From Phoronis australis (taxonomy: Eukaryota > Animalia > Phoronida), in NCBI GenBank assembly GCA_002633005.1, contig NMRA01000843.1, forward strand, positions 81,551 to 123,751: a stretch of DNA of 42,201 nucleotides, read 5' to 3'. The notes below the pieces were generated by a model. The model saw only the letters and a program-made list of their open reading frames with translations, was not told where the DNA came from and searched no databases. The position numbers were made by a program, and so were the translations under genes. Positions 11,628-24,858 of this stretch are shown piece by piece; positions within the stretch are counted from its first letter, which is position 1; each line of letters opens with the position of its first letter.

Positions 11628-13074
11628 TAGATGGCAGTAGTGTAACTAGCATTAGTCAGAACATGGCCAAGTTTGGGGGAAAGTTTCATTTTGGAGTTGT
11701 TGTAATCTGTGTGTGTGCTTTATCATACAGATGGACTTCACCTCATTCTTATACAATCACTCATTCTGGTTGAATCTGACTAATGTAAGATTTACTGTCT
11801 TTGAACCAATGTGTTTACAGTGTTAAGGTGCCTTAAGAGCAAGATATAGTGATGTCATAAATACTGTGGCCAATCATCTGTGGTACAGTATTTTCAGCTG
11901 TGTTGCTCCACCACCAGTCAGAGTGTTCATAGTGTCCAATCCTTGCATGTTGACTGTAGATCCAGTCTGTAGGGTTTGAGACTTGCCACATGGGAGATCT
12001 ACTGAAGTTGGCCGTTTGGTCACGGTATTTACCACAAATTTTGCAAGTATATTGTCAAATGGGTGCCAACGAGGCAGTGGCCAGACCTTCGGAGGACCGC
12101 TGTAAGCATTCCTTCTATTTGCCGGTAGTCAAGGGAGGTTAAGCATGCAAACGCACCTCCTTGGCTCACATGAAGCCCATATACGCTGAAGGAGCCACCC
12201 ATTGGCAGATCAGGTCTTACTTAACTGGAACAATTTTGTTTCTGGGAGAGATTGGCATTTTGAAGTTGATCATGTGCTTGCTTTATATTACAGCTGTGCT
12301 TGAGTTGGGTGTGAGCTGTTACCTCATTGTTAGTTATAGTTTGTGCAATGGATTTATTGGTTAGACGTCTGGTAGTTCAGAAGTTTGATTGATCAATTAT
12401 TATTTGTGTGTTTGTGATGCTGTCTTGGTATTATGTTGTTTCATAGAATCAACATAGAGATGAAATGAAGTGACTGTAATTCAGGCTCTAAATGAAAATC
12501 TGTGGCTTCTTTTTGTGTCAAATTTTAATTCAATTTTAGTCTTGTTTACAGTGTAAACTTTGCAGTTTCCGTGATGCATTTACAATATTTTACAACATTT
12601 ACAACATCATTTATGAAGTTATTCTGATTTTTGTCAGATGAAGTTCAATGTTAATCTGATTTCTTTTGTCTGTTTCTGCTGTGGGCATTTTTTCATTAAA
12701 AGTTTTAAATTCATCTTGCGTAATCCTGGGGAGATAGCCATTCTCGACAAATACGCACCGGCCGTGAATCCAGGGACCATCCATTTATAGGGGCATAGGT
12801 TAACATGATTTAGATACATTATGCAGACTGCTTTGTGTGGGGGGGAGGGTAAAAGACTCATTTGGGTGACTCCATAGTGCTTGCCCCCTCCGATATAACA
12901 TGAAATACAAGGTATTCACTCTGTGAGTTGTACCAAATTATTGATTCCACACTATATTCACTCTTCTGTTGTGCTGAAAACAGGTTTCCCACAGTATAGA
13001 GTTTTGTTTGAGGAAATTGTGGAAGATGTTAGGTAGTAAGGTAGGGGTTTATGTAGGGGAGGGGTGTATGTAGG

Positions 13075-13364
13075 NNNNNNNNNNNNNNNNNNNNNNNNNN
13101 NNNNNNNNNNNNNNNNNNNNNNNNNNNNNNNNNNNNNNNNNNNNNNNNNNNNNNNNNNNNNNNNNNNNNNNNNNNNNNNNNNNNNNNNNNNNNNNNNNNN
13201 NNNNNNNNNNNNNNNNNNNNNNNNNNNNNNNNNNNNNNNNNNNNNNNNNNNNNNNNNNNNNNNNNNNNNNNNNNNNNNNNNNNNNNNNNNNNNNNNNNNN
13301 NNNNNNNNNNNNNNNNNNNNNNNNNNNNNNNNNNNNNNNNNNNNNNNNNNNNNNNNNNNNNNNN
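13075..13364. other. Assembly gap flanked by G/T-rich low-complexity repeat
   Basis: Run of N. Other N-gaps lie at 27609-27704 and 40061-40183. Confidence 0.99.
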
Positions 13365-14536
13365 GTGTGTGTAGGCGAGGGGTGTGTGTTCTGTGGAATA
13401 TAGAACATCATTAGTGTGCGCCTTATTGGCCTGTGTAGGCTGCTGTAGTTATGTGGCAGCTGTTTGAGGTTACAGCTTGTGGCAATCGACGACAAATACA
13501 AATTCAAATGCTTTGTCACATCAATATTGGCAATAGTCGGGTATAACTTGCCCACATTTTGAGAACCAGTTTAATCCCCATCATTCAGTGGGTAAAACTG
13601 GTTCCCTTAATGTGAGCATGTTATGTCTGACTGCTACCTAAATAGTTATTTTCTAGTAGTGTTGTATGCACATACATATTCATGCTTGTGATACCTGTTG
13701 TATGTCCCTGTTATTGTTTGAAAGGGTACACATATTGTGGCCATGTGATTTGAACGTATTTACGATTGCAGTTCTATTGAGGATGCTTTGTCTTTTTGGT
13801 TTGTATTAGATGCAGTGTTTAGTATAGACTGAGGTTGTTCTTATCAAACTGCGCGGACAGCTCCAGTCCAGGATTTGAATTATTTTATCATATTTTCAAT
13901 CTCAGTAGGGATCACACATCAAGAAAAAATAAAACCAGGTTTCAAAGATTTTTTATTAAAAATGTTCTAGCATTAGGTTACCAGCTTGTCATTGTATTTC
14001 TTTCAAACACCAGGTGGCGATGCTGTGCTTTAGGTTGAGAGGATGACTGCATTCTGTGGAATGTTGTTTGTCATGGCTTCTCATTGGTTACAGTAATGAA
14101 ACCGACATCATAACATTCAGTCATTCCCATTGGTTGAAATCTGGAAAACCCCTCTCAGTTTACTGTCACGTAGTATGGCGACAAACTTTGACTTGAATAG
14201 TTGCAATTTATTGAACGGGCAGTGATCGAAGTAAACAAAATCAAGGGAACCCCAGTCCCGTGGCTAAGTACAGTGCATTGAAGGTGTGTGCAAGTAGTGG
14301 CCATATGGTCAGTGAACACCCGTCCAAGTGCACGCATTGATGCCCACACAAGGAATTCCGTGTGTCATTTCGCCATGTTTCCACAGGGTCACTTTTCAGT
14401 ATAAGTGGCGTTGTGTCAGAGGGTAGAGGATGACTGCACAGAGACCTCTGTGGTTAAAGTCTGTGACTATAGTCTTAGAGTTTAGTGTAAGGACAACTGC
14501 CTGCAACAGCACCACTCTCAGTCTTAGGTATTTAAT

Positions 14537-14634
14537 CAGTGGCAGATTTAGAGGGGGCGAATGTCTGACGGGCAAAATCCTGGCTAATATCCTGCCCTGC
14601 CCCCCCCCAACTCAAAATTCTGGATCCGCCTCTG
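14537..14634. mobile_element. Short MITE with CAGTGGCAGAT...GGATCCGCCTCTG termini (hAT-like); related fragments near 15545, 24150-24197, 39431-39475 and 40250-40287
   Basis: Imperfect terminal inverted repeats with internal G/C runs; the pattern recurs in the window. No clean TSD. Confidence 0.55.
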
Positions 14635-15964
14635 TTAATTACCCACAATGCATGCGCACACCCAGCCTAAAATATAGGGGGGTCGAATTTTTGAGAAAGA
14701 GGACCTTTTACTAAAAAAACGGGGTTCACCGAATTCCTGCCTTTTTAATGGACTTTTGTCTCATTTTCTCTGACTTTTTATTTCTCTTAGGTTCACATTG
14801 TTGCCCACTTCGCCAAATGACGGTGCGCGCATGCAATGCTACATGTGTCAAGCAGCTGTCTTGCTTTTTAACAGGCAAATACATTAGTCATATCTCATAT
14901 CCAAGTTATTGCGTAATCCATCATTGCAATGCAGGGGAACTGTGGGTTGTTGGAGACTTGTGTTGTCAAGCAGCTCCCTCTGTGGTCATAAGGCTAGGCA
15001 AAAGCAATTAGAATAGAGATTCATAGAGGAGTTAACTAACTGGCCACCCTTTTTGTTTTTTAATTTTTTTTGAGGTGTGATTCCTAGGGTGACGTTTTTT
15101 GTTTGCATCTTTTGTCTTGAGTGAGCATAATTTATTTTTGTTTTGTAGCAGAATAGTAATTTATTCAAGTTTTTAATAGCTGAGTGAAATATTCCATTAT
15201 TTTTTCACCAAAACTGTTTAGGTGTAGAATGTGGTTGTATTTGTTAGGCAATGAACAAAACTTAAAGGGATTTAAATATGTAAATGTGCATTTCCCGGTG
15301 GTTTCACGTTTTTCTCAGATAATCTTTAAAATTAATATAGTTTTATTTGTTAAGTACTGAATAAAAGGTATTTGCTATTGTATCTAACGTCTGTAGATAG
15401 AAATTTCTCGGTGAATATTCATCTTCCTCAAATTAGCCAGATGGCGCCAACAAGGATTGTAATAATTTTGATGTTTTGTGGTATTGAAGCGCCAGAAAAT
15501 ACTTTATTTTAGCACTAGCAGTTGATTGACTTGTAGAACGGTGTAGTGACGGATCTAGGGGGGAGCTTAAGGGGTCTTCAATTCTGGTCAGGATGAACGA
15601 CGAAGAAAACGCTGCTAAACCAACAGAACATCGTTATTGCTTGAGTAAACTCTTTGTCGCTAAAATAATACAACCATTTCTGGTTGATTGGTTTTGGCAT
15701 CGTGAAATACTGTACTCCAGTTATATGAATAAATCAGCTTTTGTATTCGATTTTGAAGTCGACATGTTTTTTCCACAGAAAAATCCCTCGTGTTGTCGAA
15801 GGTTGTAGGCCCGATTCAGTGCAGCTTAGACGGTTTTGTTACGTCATTGCGATGTTGTGCTTATCAATTGAGTACGCAACTGACGTTAACTTGACCATTG
15901 TTCATATTCACATTAAATTGATGTATGAAGGTAGTAGTTTCATATCAGTGTGCATGTAAAAATC

Positions 15965-16575
15965 AAAGTTGTGACCGTGCGTCAACAAATTCACTCTCAA
16001 AACATCCCTAACACGTTTTTACTGATTAAACTGGCAGAAAGGACCACAGGATATAACTCAGATTGTTCAACGCTACGCAATGTCTTCAGTTACTAGGGCG
16101 CATTCTCCTGTGAAATTGTGACAAGACTAGCGTGACGAGACTGGCGTGACGAAACTAATGTGACGTGTCCGCCACTACAGGTGCCAAGACTGGTCGTATC
16201 GAGAGACCTTTGCTCAAAATGGCACCGTTACCCCCACCCCCCCCCAAGCTGTTAGGGAGTATGGTGGTAGTTTTATACGAGTATGCATGTGAACATTAAA
16301 GTTGTGACCGTGTGTCAAAAAATTCACTCTCAAAACGTCCCCAACCCATTTTTACTGACGTAGCGGAAACGACCACAGGGTATAACTCGGATTGTTCAAC
16401 GCTAAGCAATGTCTGACTAGGGCTCATTCCTCTGTTGATATTGTGACGAGACTAGCGTGACGTGTCGGTCGTTACAGGCGCCAAGACTGGGCGTATCGAG
16501 AGACCTTAAATCAAATTGGATAGTGCACAAAATGGCACCGTTACACCCCCTCCCTCCATGCTGTTAGGGAGTATC
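15965..16575. repeat. Diverged ~300-bp tandem duplication (15965-16262 / 16298-16575)
   Basis: Both copies run AAAGTTGTGACCGTG...GACCACAGG...CCAAGACTGG...GCTGTTAGGGAGTAT. Confidence 0.85.
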
Positions 16576-17717
16576 CTTAAACTGTACGCCGCTCAGACGA
16601 ATAAGGTGCTTCATCTGCAGTTTTGTCCATATTAATCCTTTTTGTGAAGTTTTCCTTACATCGGCGTGATACCACCCAGGGCCCTTTTATCCATCATCAT
16701 AAGGATAATTTTGTCTGGTCACCACTGAAAACTTATAAAGCTTATTCAGCACATCCCTTGTATACAAGACAATGAAGTGAAAAGGTAATTGCTAGCATTA
16801 CTGACTCAACTGTTGTGGCTGTTATGACACAAAAATTGGTTTTCTCTGGCACACTCGACTTCGAACGTACGGGTTTATTACAAAATAGCCGAAAATGGAA
16901 ACTTAGGTTCATCTTCACAAAGGGCCACAATCGAAACTGTTTTCGTCATTTTTTAATACTCCAGTCTACTTTTGTTTTGTTTACTGCAGGGTTGCTATCT
17001 TTTGATTCAAGTGACGTGGAAAAAACACGGAAGAACAGATACATTTCACAATGACATACCCATAGCTGTTAGTTATGTTGTTAGTTATGTTGTTAATATG
17101 TAAACATAGATTCATGACACTGAACGTATACGATAACAGTTATATTATTTTATGAATGTTTGTGTTTCAGACATGCATTGTTTTAAAGCCTAACATCAAC
17201 AGAATTTTGCTATTTTCGATGTATTGGGCTAACCAGATAGTCCAAGCAAAGCCTTAGTAAACTAAGAAAACGCCAGTTCAATCACGCAAGTGTAAGCCCA
17301 TCAAATGAAGGTGAAGCTGCCTTTTTGCGCCATGTTACGTCACCGCCAGATCCCAGCTCAAACAACAAAAGGCTGATAACAGATGACTATTTGAATAGGG
17401 GTCTGAGTAGAACACTATTGTGTACGGGAGTTCTTCGCAGCTGTTTGAATTGAAAGGTAATTCTAGCAGTGACGTAGACCAAAGCAAGCCAATACCCTTA
17501 ACAATTCATTATATTTGGCCCCATTGCACTAGTGGGCTCAGAGCGATGCTCTTAACATACTATAGGAACTAAATTCACAGGAGTTGCCATTGAATATAGG
17601 CTTTAAAACACTCAAATCCCTAGATCAACATGATAACATCCAACACCGCTCATTGCATAAGAAGAAGTCATTTCATTGATTATAAAAATACATTTGTAAC
17701 AACTCAAGACTCAGTAA

Positions 17718-18283
17718 GGGCTGTTCCAGCAAAATCTGTGTGGGAGGGGGGGGGAAGGCAACTGAAATAAAAATTTATGGGTGGTTGCGTTTGATTTAAA
17801 TTCAAAATGGCTGGTGGTCGTACTTCAAAAAAATAAAAATTTACAGGTCGTTGTTTCATTGGGCCATAAATGTTTGATGGTGGGTAATTTTAGTAAATTT
17901 TATAAACAATCCGCACAGAATCAAAAACTGAAACAAAAAAGCAACTTGCAAAAAGCTCCGACTTTTTCACTCCCTCCGATCTCCTCATTGGCATGTCCAT
18001 AACACCATTTAACCACAGGTGCTGGAATTTCTCGATGGCTAATAACCATGTATGAGAAACATACATTTTCTTAGTAATGAATGACGTTAGTGGTGATGGA
18101 GGAACAGATAAACTCAAGCGCCTGTGCAGTCAACCACAAGAACAAAAAAAATTACGGGTGGTTGCATTTCAACCTTATAAAAAATTACGGGTGGTAGGCT
18201 GAATAAATAAATGAAAAATATGGGTGGTGGGTGCGAAAAAAGGGTGCCTTCCCCCCCTCATACAGATTTTACTGGAACAGCCC
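17718..18283. mobile_element. PIF/Harbinger-type MITE (566 bp)
   Basis: TIRs GGGCTGTTCCAG...CTGGAACAGCCC extend imperfectly about 40 bp. TAA flanks both sides (17715-17717, 18284-18286). Confidence 0.85.
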
Positions 18284-19989
18284 TAACGGCAACTCACTGT
18301 TTATGTTTTCAAGTTCCTTGAGATGAGTGTAACTGAACATGACATTCCATTTGTTTTGAATGGCTGTTAAAACAGATAAGTGCTCTAATTGGTGGCAGGC
18401 TGAACTCACATCAGGTATCAGATGATGTACAAGATGGCGCAGGCTCATAGCAGTGAGGAAAGCTTCATATATAGCAGCAACAACATTTTAGACACTTAGG
18501 GAGCCTTCACATATTACGTCATCCAAACTCTGCCACTATTTACCCCCCCTCCTTGTCACCATGATAGAAGTTTATTGTGTTTGAAGCCGACAGCGGGAGT
18601 TTCCCCAATGTCACCCAAGTCAACAATCCAGCGTACATCGCCTATGAGCACATCTGGGCTACAAAGCAGACCTACAAAACATAGTTTTTAACTTCATAAA
18701 TATTTTAGTTGCAATAAGTAAATATTTTTAAAGAGCATTTCTTTCCATCTTACATCTGAAAATCCTGAAACAGCAGAACTGAGTTTAATAAAATAGCCTC
18801 AAAACTTTCCTTCTATTATAGCAAGTGGTTACTAGCAAGGGAGACAAAACACCAAAGACTGATATGAAGCAGTCTAATTTTGAAGGGTATGACCAACCTT
18901 GTTAAAAGTGATGTTTTGATGCTCTTTCTTTGCTTATGCCTCGAATGATCCGCTTGAGGCTAGAAATCGACTTCTCTCATGGTTTGAAAAGATTTGAGAT
19001 GCACTTGTGTAGCTGATCAAGTAACCTAGTTTAGTTTGTGTTTTCAAGTAAGATGTCACTTAAAATCTTCAATAAATATAATCTTCAATAAATATAATAC
19101 CTTCTGTCAAAAACTATTGTTGACTTACTCCACTAACCATGGTCTTCCAATGAAGCACCCTAGGCAGCTTAGGGCAGCACAATAAAAATAAAGATTTCTT
19201 TAAGAAACTTCTTGTAAATGAGTTGCCAAGTAAAAGCAAGCGTGGATGCTATTTCTAATTTCATTTATCAAAAGGCACCTATGGCTGTTTCTTTGTGATG
19301 GGCACTTTATACTTCATTCTAAAACTGCTTTCAATTCGTTCCTTACTGACATTGGAAATGATCTCTGTGCTTGAGAAGAACTGACATCTATGATCACTAC
19401 GAGACACTATGGTCAGTTAAAGTCAAGTCATTCCCACTCTCTGATTGGACCAAGGAACAAGTTGACACACATTTAGAGGTAGCCTAAATCAGAAGTTAAA
19501 CTTTGTTTACAGCAGGCAGGTTTATAACAGGTATAACATTATTACTATTACTACTATTATAATATTTTTTCTAATATGATCATTATAATTGTTATTATTA
19601 TCAGGTAAGCAGCAAACCTTTAGTCAAGTCAACAAATACTTCATTACATGCATATGCCAACACGAAACATAATCTTGGGAAGGGAAAGTAAGAATTATGA
19701 TTATGCAGGAGAAAGCCACACCCATTGGCAAAAATGGCTGAGTACAAAAATGAACTAATCAGTAAGTTTCAGTACCAGTCGTACAGGAAGTGTCTAATTA
19801 TACTTCTTGTAGAATGCAACAAAATCTTTCCAGGATGCAGTTTGAAAAGTGGAGTCCCACAAAAACTTATTTACTTTTCTCAATACATCTCATTGGAGAT
19901 ACATCAACTTAATAACTATGTGATCATTATTAAGCATCCCTTACAAGAATCATTTGGCAGACAACAAAGACAACCTCTGGATGGAGCAT

Positions 19990-20240
19990 TATTACAGTCT
20001 CCCTGAGCTTAAAACACACTACTAAGGTATTACAGTCTGCTTGAGCTTATAACACACTATTAACGTATTACAGTCTGCTTGAACTTATAACACAATATTA
20101 AAGTAATAAAGTACTACAGTCTGCTTGAGCTTATAACATACTATTGAAGTATTACAGTTTGCTTGAGCTTAAAACACAATATTAAAGTATTAAAGTGTTA
20201 CAGTCTGCTTGAGCTTATAACACACTACTGAAGTATTACA
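19990..20240. repeat. Minisatellite, ~37-bp unit (GTATTACAGTCTGCTTGAGCTTATAACACACTATTAA)
   Basis: About 6 tandem units. Confidence 0.88.
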
Positions 20241-20449
20241 AAGCCATGTTGAATTGTATATAACATGGAACAACTGGTGTGTGTTTTCTGCTTTTGTGTA
20301 CATTTTGACCTTGTTTGAAGCTTTTAACCCTGCAAGCATATCCTACATTCAGGTTGAAATAATGACATATTACATCTACCTCACCTTCAATCATAAACAA
20401 ATGATGTAGAAGTGCATGGTGGTTGAGAAGCTGATAAGTGCAAAGAGTT

Positions 20450-21862
20450 GAATCCAACTGTGAACAATTAACGTCAACTAGAACTAAGAGCAACCTGCAA
20501 TAAATAAATGAAACAAATAAGTTAAACATAAACAGAGAGTTTTGTTCAAGGGATAGTGAGCCCTACATCGGCAAGTCAAAATTTTCAACTTCAAAGTAAG
20601 ATAAAATGAAGACTGAAGTCGTAAAGAAGAAGTGTTAACTCGTATCACAATTCAGTGCTTTGAGACTTGTCTCAATACACTGAATCAAAACAATCGAGTC
20701 CATCACTGAATGAAATTCTTGATCCAAAACAATAAACACACAACCAATATACACTCTGCCAATTTAGGGTTCTATATGCCTAAGATGAAGATTAATTTTG
20801 AACATATCTAAGGTATCTATATGTATAACTGCCTACATCTGTCTACTTATCCACATCTACATTTTCAACAAATTCAACAGCCATGTGCTGTTATACCTGG
20901 CTTAAGACTCCTCTCTGATTTTGAGCTCAGTTTATTCAACTTAAAGGGATAATAAAAATCTAAAGTGTGTTAATCCAGATAATTACANGAATCCAACTGT
21001 GAACAATTAACGTCAACTAGAACTAAGAGCAACCTGCAATAAATAAATGAAACAAAACTAAGTTAAACATAAACAAAGAGTTTTGTTCAAGGGATAGTGA
21101 GCCCTACATCGGCAAGTCAAAAATTGTCAACTTCAAAGTAAGATAAAATGAAGACTGAAGTCGTAAAGAAGAAGTGTTAACTCGTATCACAATTCAGGGT
21201 TTTGAGACCTGTCACAAAACACTGAATCAAAACAATCAGGGCTTGGAATGATCAATGACAAAAAACGCAGAAACTTTGAAACTTTTACTCATGCCCGATA
21301 AACAGTCTTGAAATGGTCAATCTTTCCCCGACAACAATCGGGAGGACTAAAAACAAAAAAAAAACGTTACCATCATCAGTAGCATGCGTCTGCGTCCTTT
21401 TAGCTCGCCCGTCCACTCCCAACCCACACATTTTTGGCTGCAGAGCGGTAGTATTTAGTATTTGCCGCCGCGCTTAACAATAACATGAGACGCCATTGAA
21501 AATCATACCACGCTGTCCCAGATGCCCCGGCAATGTTGACAATTTACGTTCCTCCGAAACATAAGGAGCAACTTCCGCTTTTCAAGGTGAACGTCGTCTG
21601 CAACGCCGCGGTAAGAAAGGAGTTTGCCATGGAAATTTTATATCAAATCCGATTTTTTTACGCGGAAATATTATAAAAAAAGCGGAAAGCACATTTGAAA
21701 AAACTGCCTACATCTGTCTACTTATCCACATCTACATTTTCAACAAATTCAACAGCCATGTGCTGTTATACCTGGCTTAAGACTCATCTCTGATTTTGAG
21801 CTCAGTTTATTCAACTTAAAGGGATAATAAAAATCTAAAGTGTGTTAATCCAGATAATTACA
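20450..21862. repeat. Duplication across single N at 20988 (probable haplotype overlap); the second copy carries a different ~465-bp internal segment
   Basis: GAATCCAACTGTGAAC...GATAATTACA is present twice. The copies diverge after AAAACAATC and rejoin at AACTGCCTACATCTG. Confidence 0.85.
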
Positions 21863-22418
21863 GTAACAATATTCTTTCAGGTCAATAAAAGTACATATCA
21901 AAGACATTACATTATTAACGATGTAGGTTTTGAGCCAAATAAATAGTAAAAACTCAACACAATTATTGTTAACATTCTGTATTACAGTTAGATTCAGACT
22001 GGCTATTAAGGAGAGTCTTGCCATAGTTTTTTAAATGTTAGAGCTTTGTTGAATGGAAACCTGGGGTCGGTTGAGCTCACCCTTTGGGAGTAGTTTTGAC
22101 CACTGTAGGTGATTGGTTTACAAGTGAGTTTTGGTTCAGTTGATTTTGTTACTTTTGACCTGTTGTTGTGGTTTGATGTACTCCTTGAGGATGACAAATT
22201 GAATTTCATGGAAACATTGGACTCATGCATATAATGCAAATATAAGAGTGTTAACAACAATAAATGCTGGGTTTCTACACTAAATTAAACAGATATAATT
22301 TTTTGATAATTACAGTAAGTATAGAGATGAACCTCATGAAGGAAATTCATATATATTATAACAACTTCTTCAACCACAGAGGAAGCAATTGTCACCATTT
22401 TCAATGATGCCCTGTTAC

Positions 22419-23535
22419 CTCAGCTAAGAGCTTTATTCCAGCACCATTGTATGGTGGCTCAGCAGATAGGGGTGTTCCACTGGGCACCTCCGCGGCATAG
22501 CTGTGCTCTATCAGCTGAAAAAGTAACATTTGCACTGTAACTGAAATACAACATGCAGGACCAAAACTATATTCACAATTTTATAACACAATGTTTCACA
22601 AAAGTGTTTTGCCCTCTTAAGATATCATCTCTTTGTCAATTTGTGGCATCAATAACATTGTANCCTCGGAGTACCTGTTGAAAGCCTATCATAGTACCCA
22701 TTGAAGGCCCTCTGGACTACCTGTTAAAGGCCCTTCCGAGTACCAGTTGAAGGCCCTTCAGAGTACCCGTTGAAGGCCCTTCAGAGTACCTGTTGAACGT
22801 CCTTCAGAGCACTCGTTGAAGGACTTTCGGAGTAAAGTACTAGACCCATAATAGGAGGCTAGTGGACTAATTGAATATCAAAATCCACATTCACACAAAC
22901 CATCCTGGAAGTTGCTGTCTCTTGCACAGATACACTAGTAGGCTTGCATGCTCTCAGAGCTGTAAGCTTCCTCCCCCTGGGAAGGCTCTTGGTTAGAAAA
23001 AGGCGTGGCACTGCATCAGGGCGTAGCTTTGAGTGGTGCGGATCCATAAATGCATTGTCCTCGAAATGTACACTACACATCCGACAATTGATGTTTAAGT
23101 AAACAGCATTTCTGCTTATCAGGTCCTCACGTTTGCTGTTTATAACCCATCTCTTGCATCTGAATGTATAAAGAAAGAAATGAAAGAGAGTACAGTTTAT
23201 ATCCAACAATAGAAGCATCAATGCGCTTAGGATTAGCAAAATAAGGATCAACTAATCAGTAGACCCAATCATAAAAACCACGTACAAAATTTTGCTAGTG
23301 ATCGAATAAAACCCTGAACTTAAAGGTAAAACAAGTTCAAATAACTTTTCCAATATCACTGGTTGATTGGCAACAGATCCACACCAAAAAGTCTTTGCTC
23401 CAATCCTAGATCTCACCTATCTTTATCAGTGGGGAAGCGGAAGAAGTGTAAGTCACGATTTTTCAACTGACTGTTGCTGCAGCCATAAGCAGCGCAAAAA
23501 GCTCCGTTACTTTTTTTACGGACTGGGGCCGCCAT
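22419..23535 (-). CDS. THAP-domain zinc-finger protein (THAP12/PRKRIR-like THAP domain), spliced. Exons: 23535-23417, 23159-22901, 22514-22419; 3' end uncertain
   Basis: Exon 1 reads MAAPVRKKSNGAFCAAYGCSNSQLKNRDLHFFRFPTDKD, then GTGAG (phase 2). Exon 2 reads RCKRWVINSKREDL...CRMCSVHFEDNAF...LRPDAVPRLF. Together they give C2CH, FP, W and an AVP box. Exon 3 reads LIEHSYAAEV..., with a (D/E)HxY HCF-1 motif. The exon 2 donor (GTTTGT) is weak. Confidence 0.88.
22665..22835. repeat. Minisatellite, ~23-bp unit (GAGTACCTGTTGAAGGCCCTTCA), in a THAP-gene intron
   Basis: About 7 diverged tandem units. Confidence 0.85.
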
Positions 23536-24385
23536 ATCTTGTCCTGTGAATCTCTGAAGATATGTGACGCAAAACTATCTGCAGAAGTATTATCTAAGAG
23601 AATCTATATAAAGTACATGATCAGATAAAATGTCACTGATCGCGAATATCCACCATGTTTGTTTTCGTAGTAGCACACGCCCGCTAGGTAACGCTACGGT
23701 CCATAAACAATGTCCGTCACTGGCAGGTGGCGCTGTGTCAGATGTTCGCCCAATGGGATTTCACCAGAATTTCCAGGCGTCAGTGGACGGGAAACGAAAC
23801 TGTTTTTTCACGGCAGTTGATGGCAGAATTTAGCGCATAGCCTGTAAGTGGGTGTGACTGTCATGCTAACGTATAAATTGAAGAGACTCGATACGGGGCT
23901 CTCTTCGTCTTGGCGTAGGGGTTTGTGCGGTCTGTGACCCGGTTGACAAGGTCTGGCCTCTCCGTCTCAGTCGCCAAATGACACTCAGTCAGTCAGTGTC
24001 GCCTGTCGGACCATGCGCGAACCCAGCCTGTAATAATATGGGGGGGTCGAATTTCCGACGATGTGGACCTTTTACTAACCAAAAAGCGGGAGGACTAAAA
24101 AAATCAGGTTATCCACGTCCAGAGCTTTGAATTGTGCCGGCATATNAAACTCTGCCCTGCTCCCCCCCCCCCAACTCAAAATCCTGGATTCGCCTCTTCT
24201 GACATGATAAGCGATGCCAGTCTCGCTTGGTCCTTCCCACGTTGTCGGTACGTGGGACCCCGCCGGGGTAGTGGATCGTTGTTGATGCTGCCGAATTCTT
24301 GTGCCGGTCGACCATTGCGCGGCGGCTTTCCGATGTCGGGCCAAGAGAGTCCAAGTCTAAGTGACGCCTTTTATATAGTCTTCAT

Positions 24386-24858
24386 GTGCGCACACAGCCT
24401 TTAATATGGCCCGGGGGACTCGAATTTCTGGCGATGTGGACCTTTTGCTGACAAAAAAGCGGTAGGACATGGGCGGCGCAGCACTGAGTGAAAAAAGTGT
24501 GGGGGCTTTATATATAGCCCCCCCTGTGTCGCACCATCTATACACCATGTGCGGCGTAGCACTGAAAAAAGTGGGGGTTGTAATAGTATTGTGATTTGTA
24601 CTGGAACTACACTTACCTTATATGGCACAATTAGTTAGAATGGTTTATTATGTAAGTCTTGCCAAACAGTTCTATGAAATGTGACTCATATGCACGTGGT
24701 CTTGTGTATTGCAAAAACATGTTGTTGATAGGCGGAAGCTCACAATTCACAGCTCTGGACGTGATACCCCGTTTTTTTAGTCCTTCGGCTTTTTTGTATG
24801 TAAAAGGTCCACATCCTCGGAAATACGAGCCCCCATATTAAGGGCTGGGTGCGCGCAT
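24386..24858. mobile_element. Non-autonomous element with long imperfect TIRs; partial copies at ~14650-14830 and ~24012-24105
   Basis: The left end TGCGCACACAGCCTTTAATATGG...GATGTGGACCTTTT is the inverse of the right end AAAAGGTCCACATC...CCATATTAAGGGCTGGGTGCGCGCA. Confidence 0.65.

Noticed and set aside
13049-13555. ORFs spanning N-gaps (also 27453-27845 and 39943-40330)
   Set aside because: Their length is an artefact of N runs lacking stop codons.
20236-20529. 97-aa minus-strand ORF as a further THAP exon
   Set aside because: The long frame is out of phase with the phase-0 donor at 22418 and has no recognisable motif.
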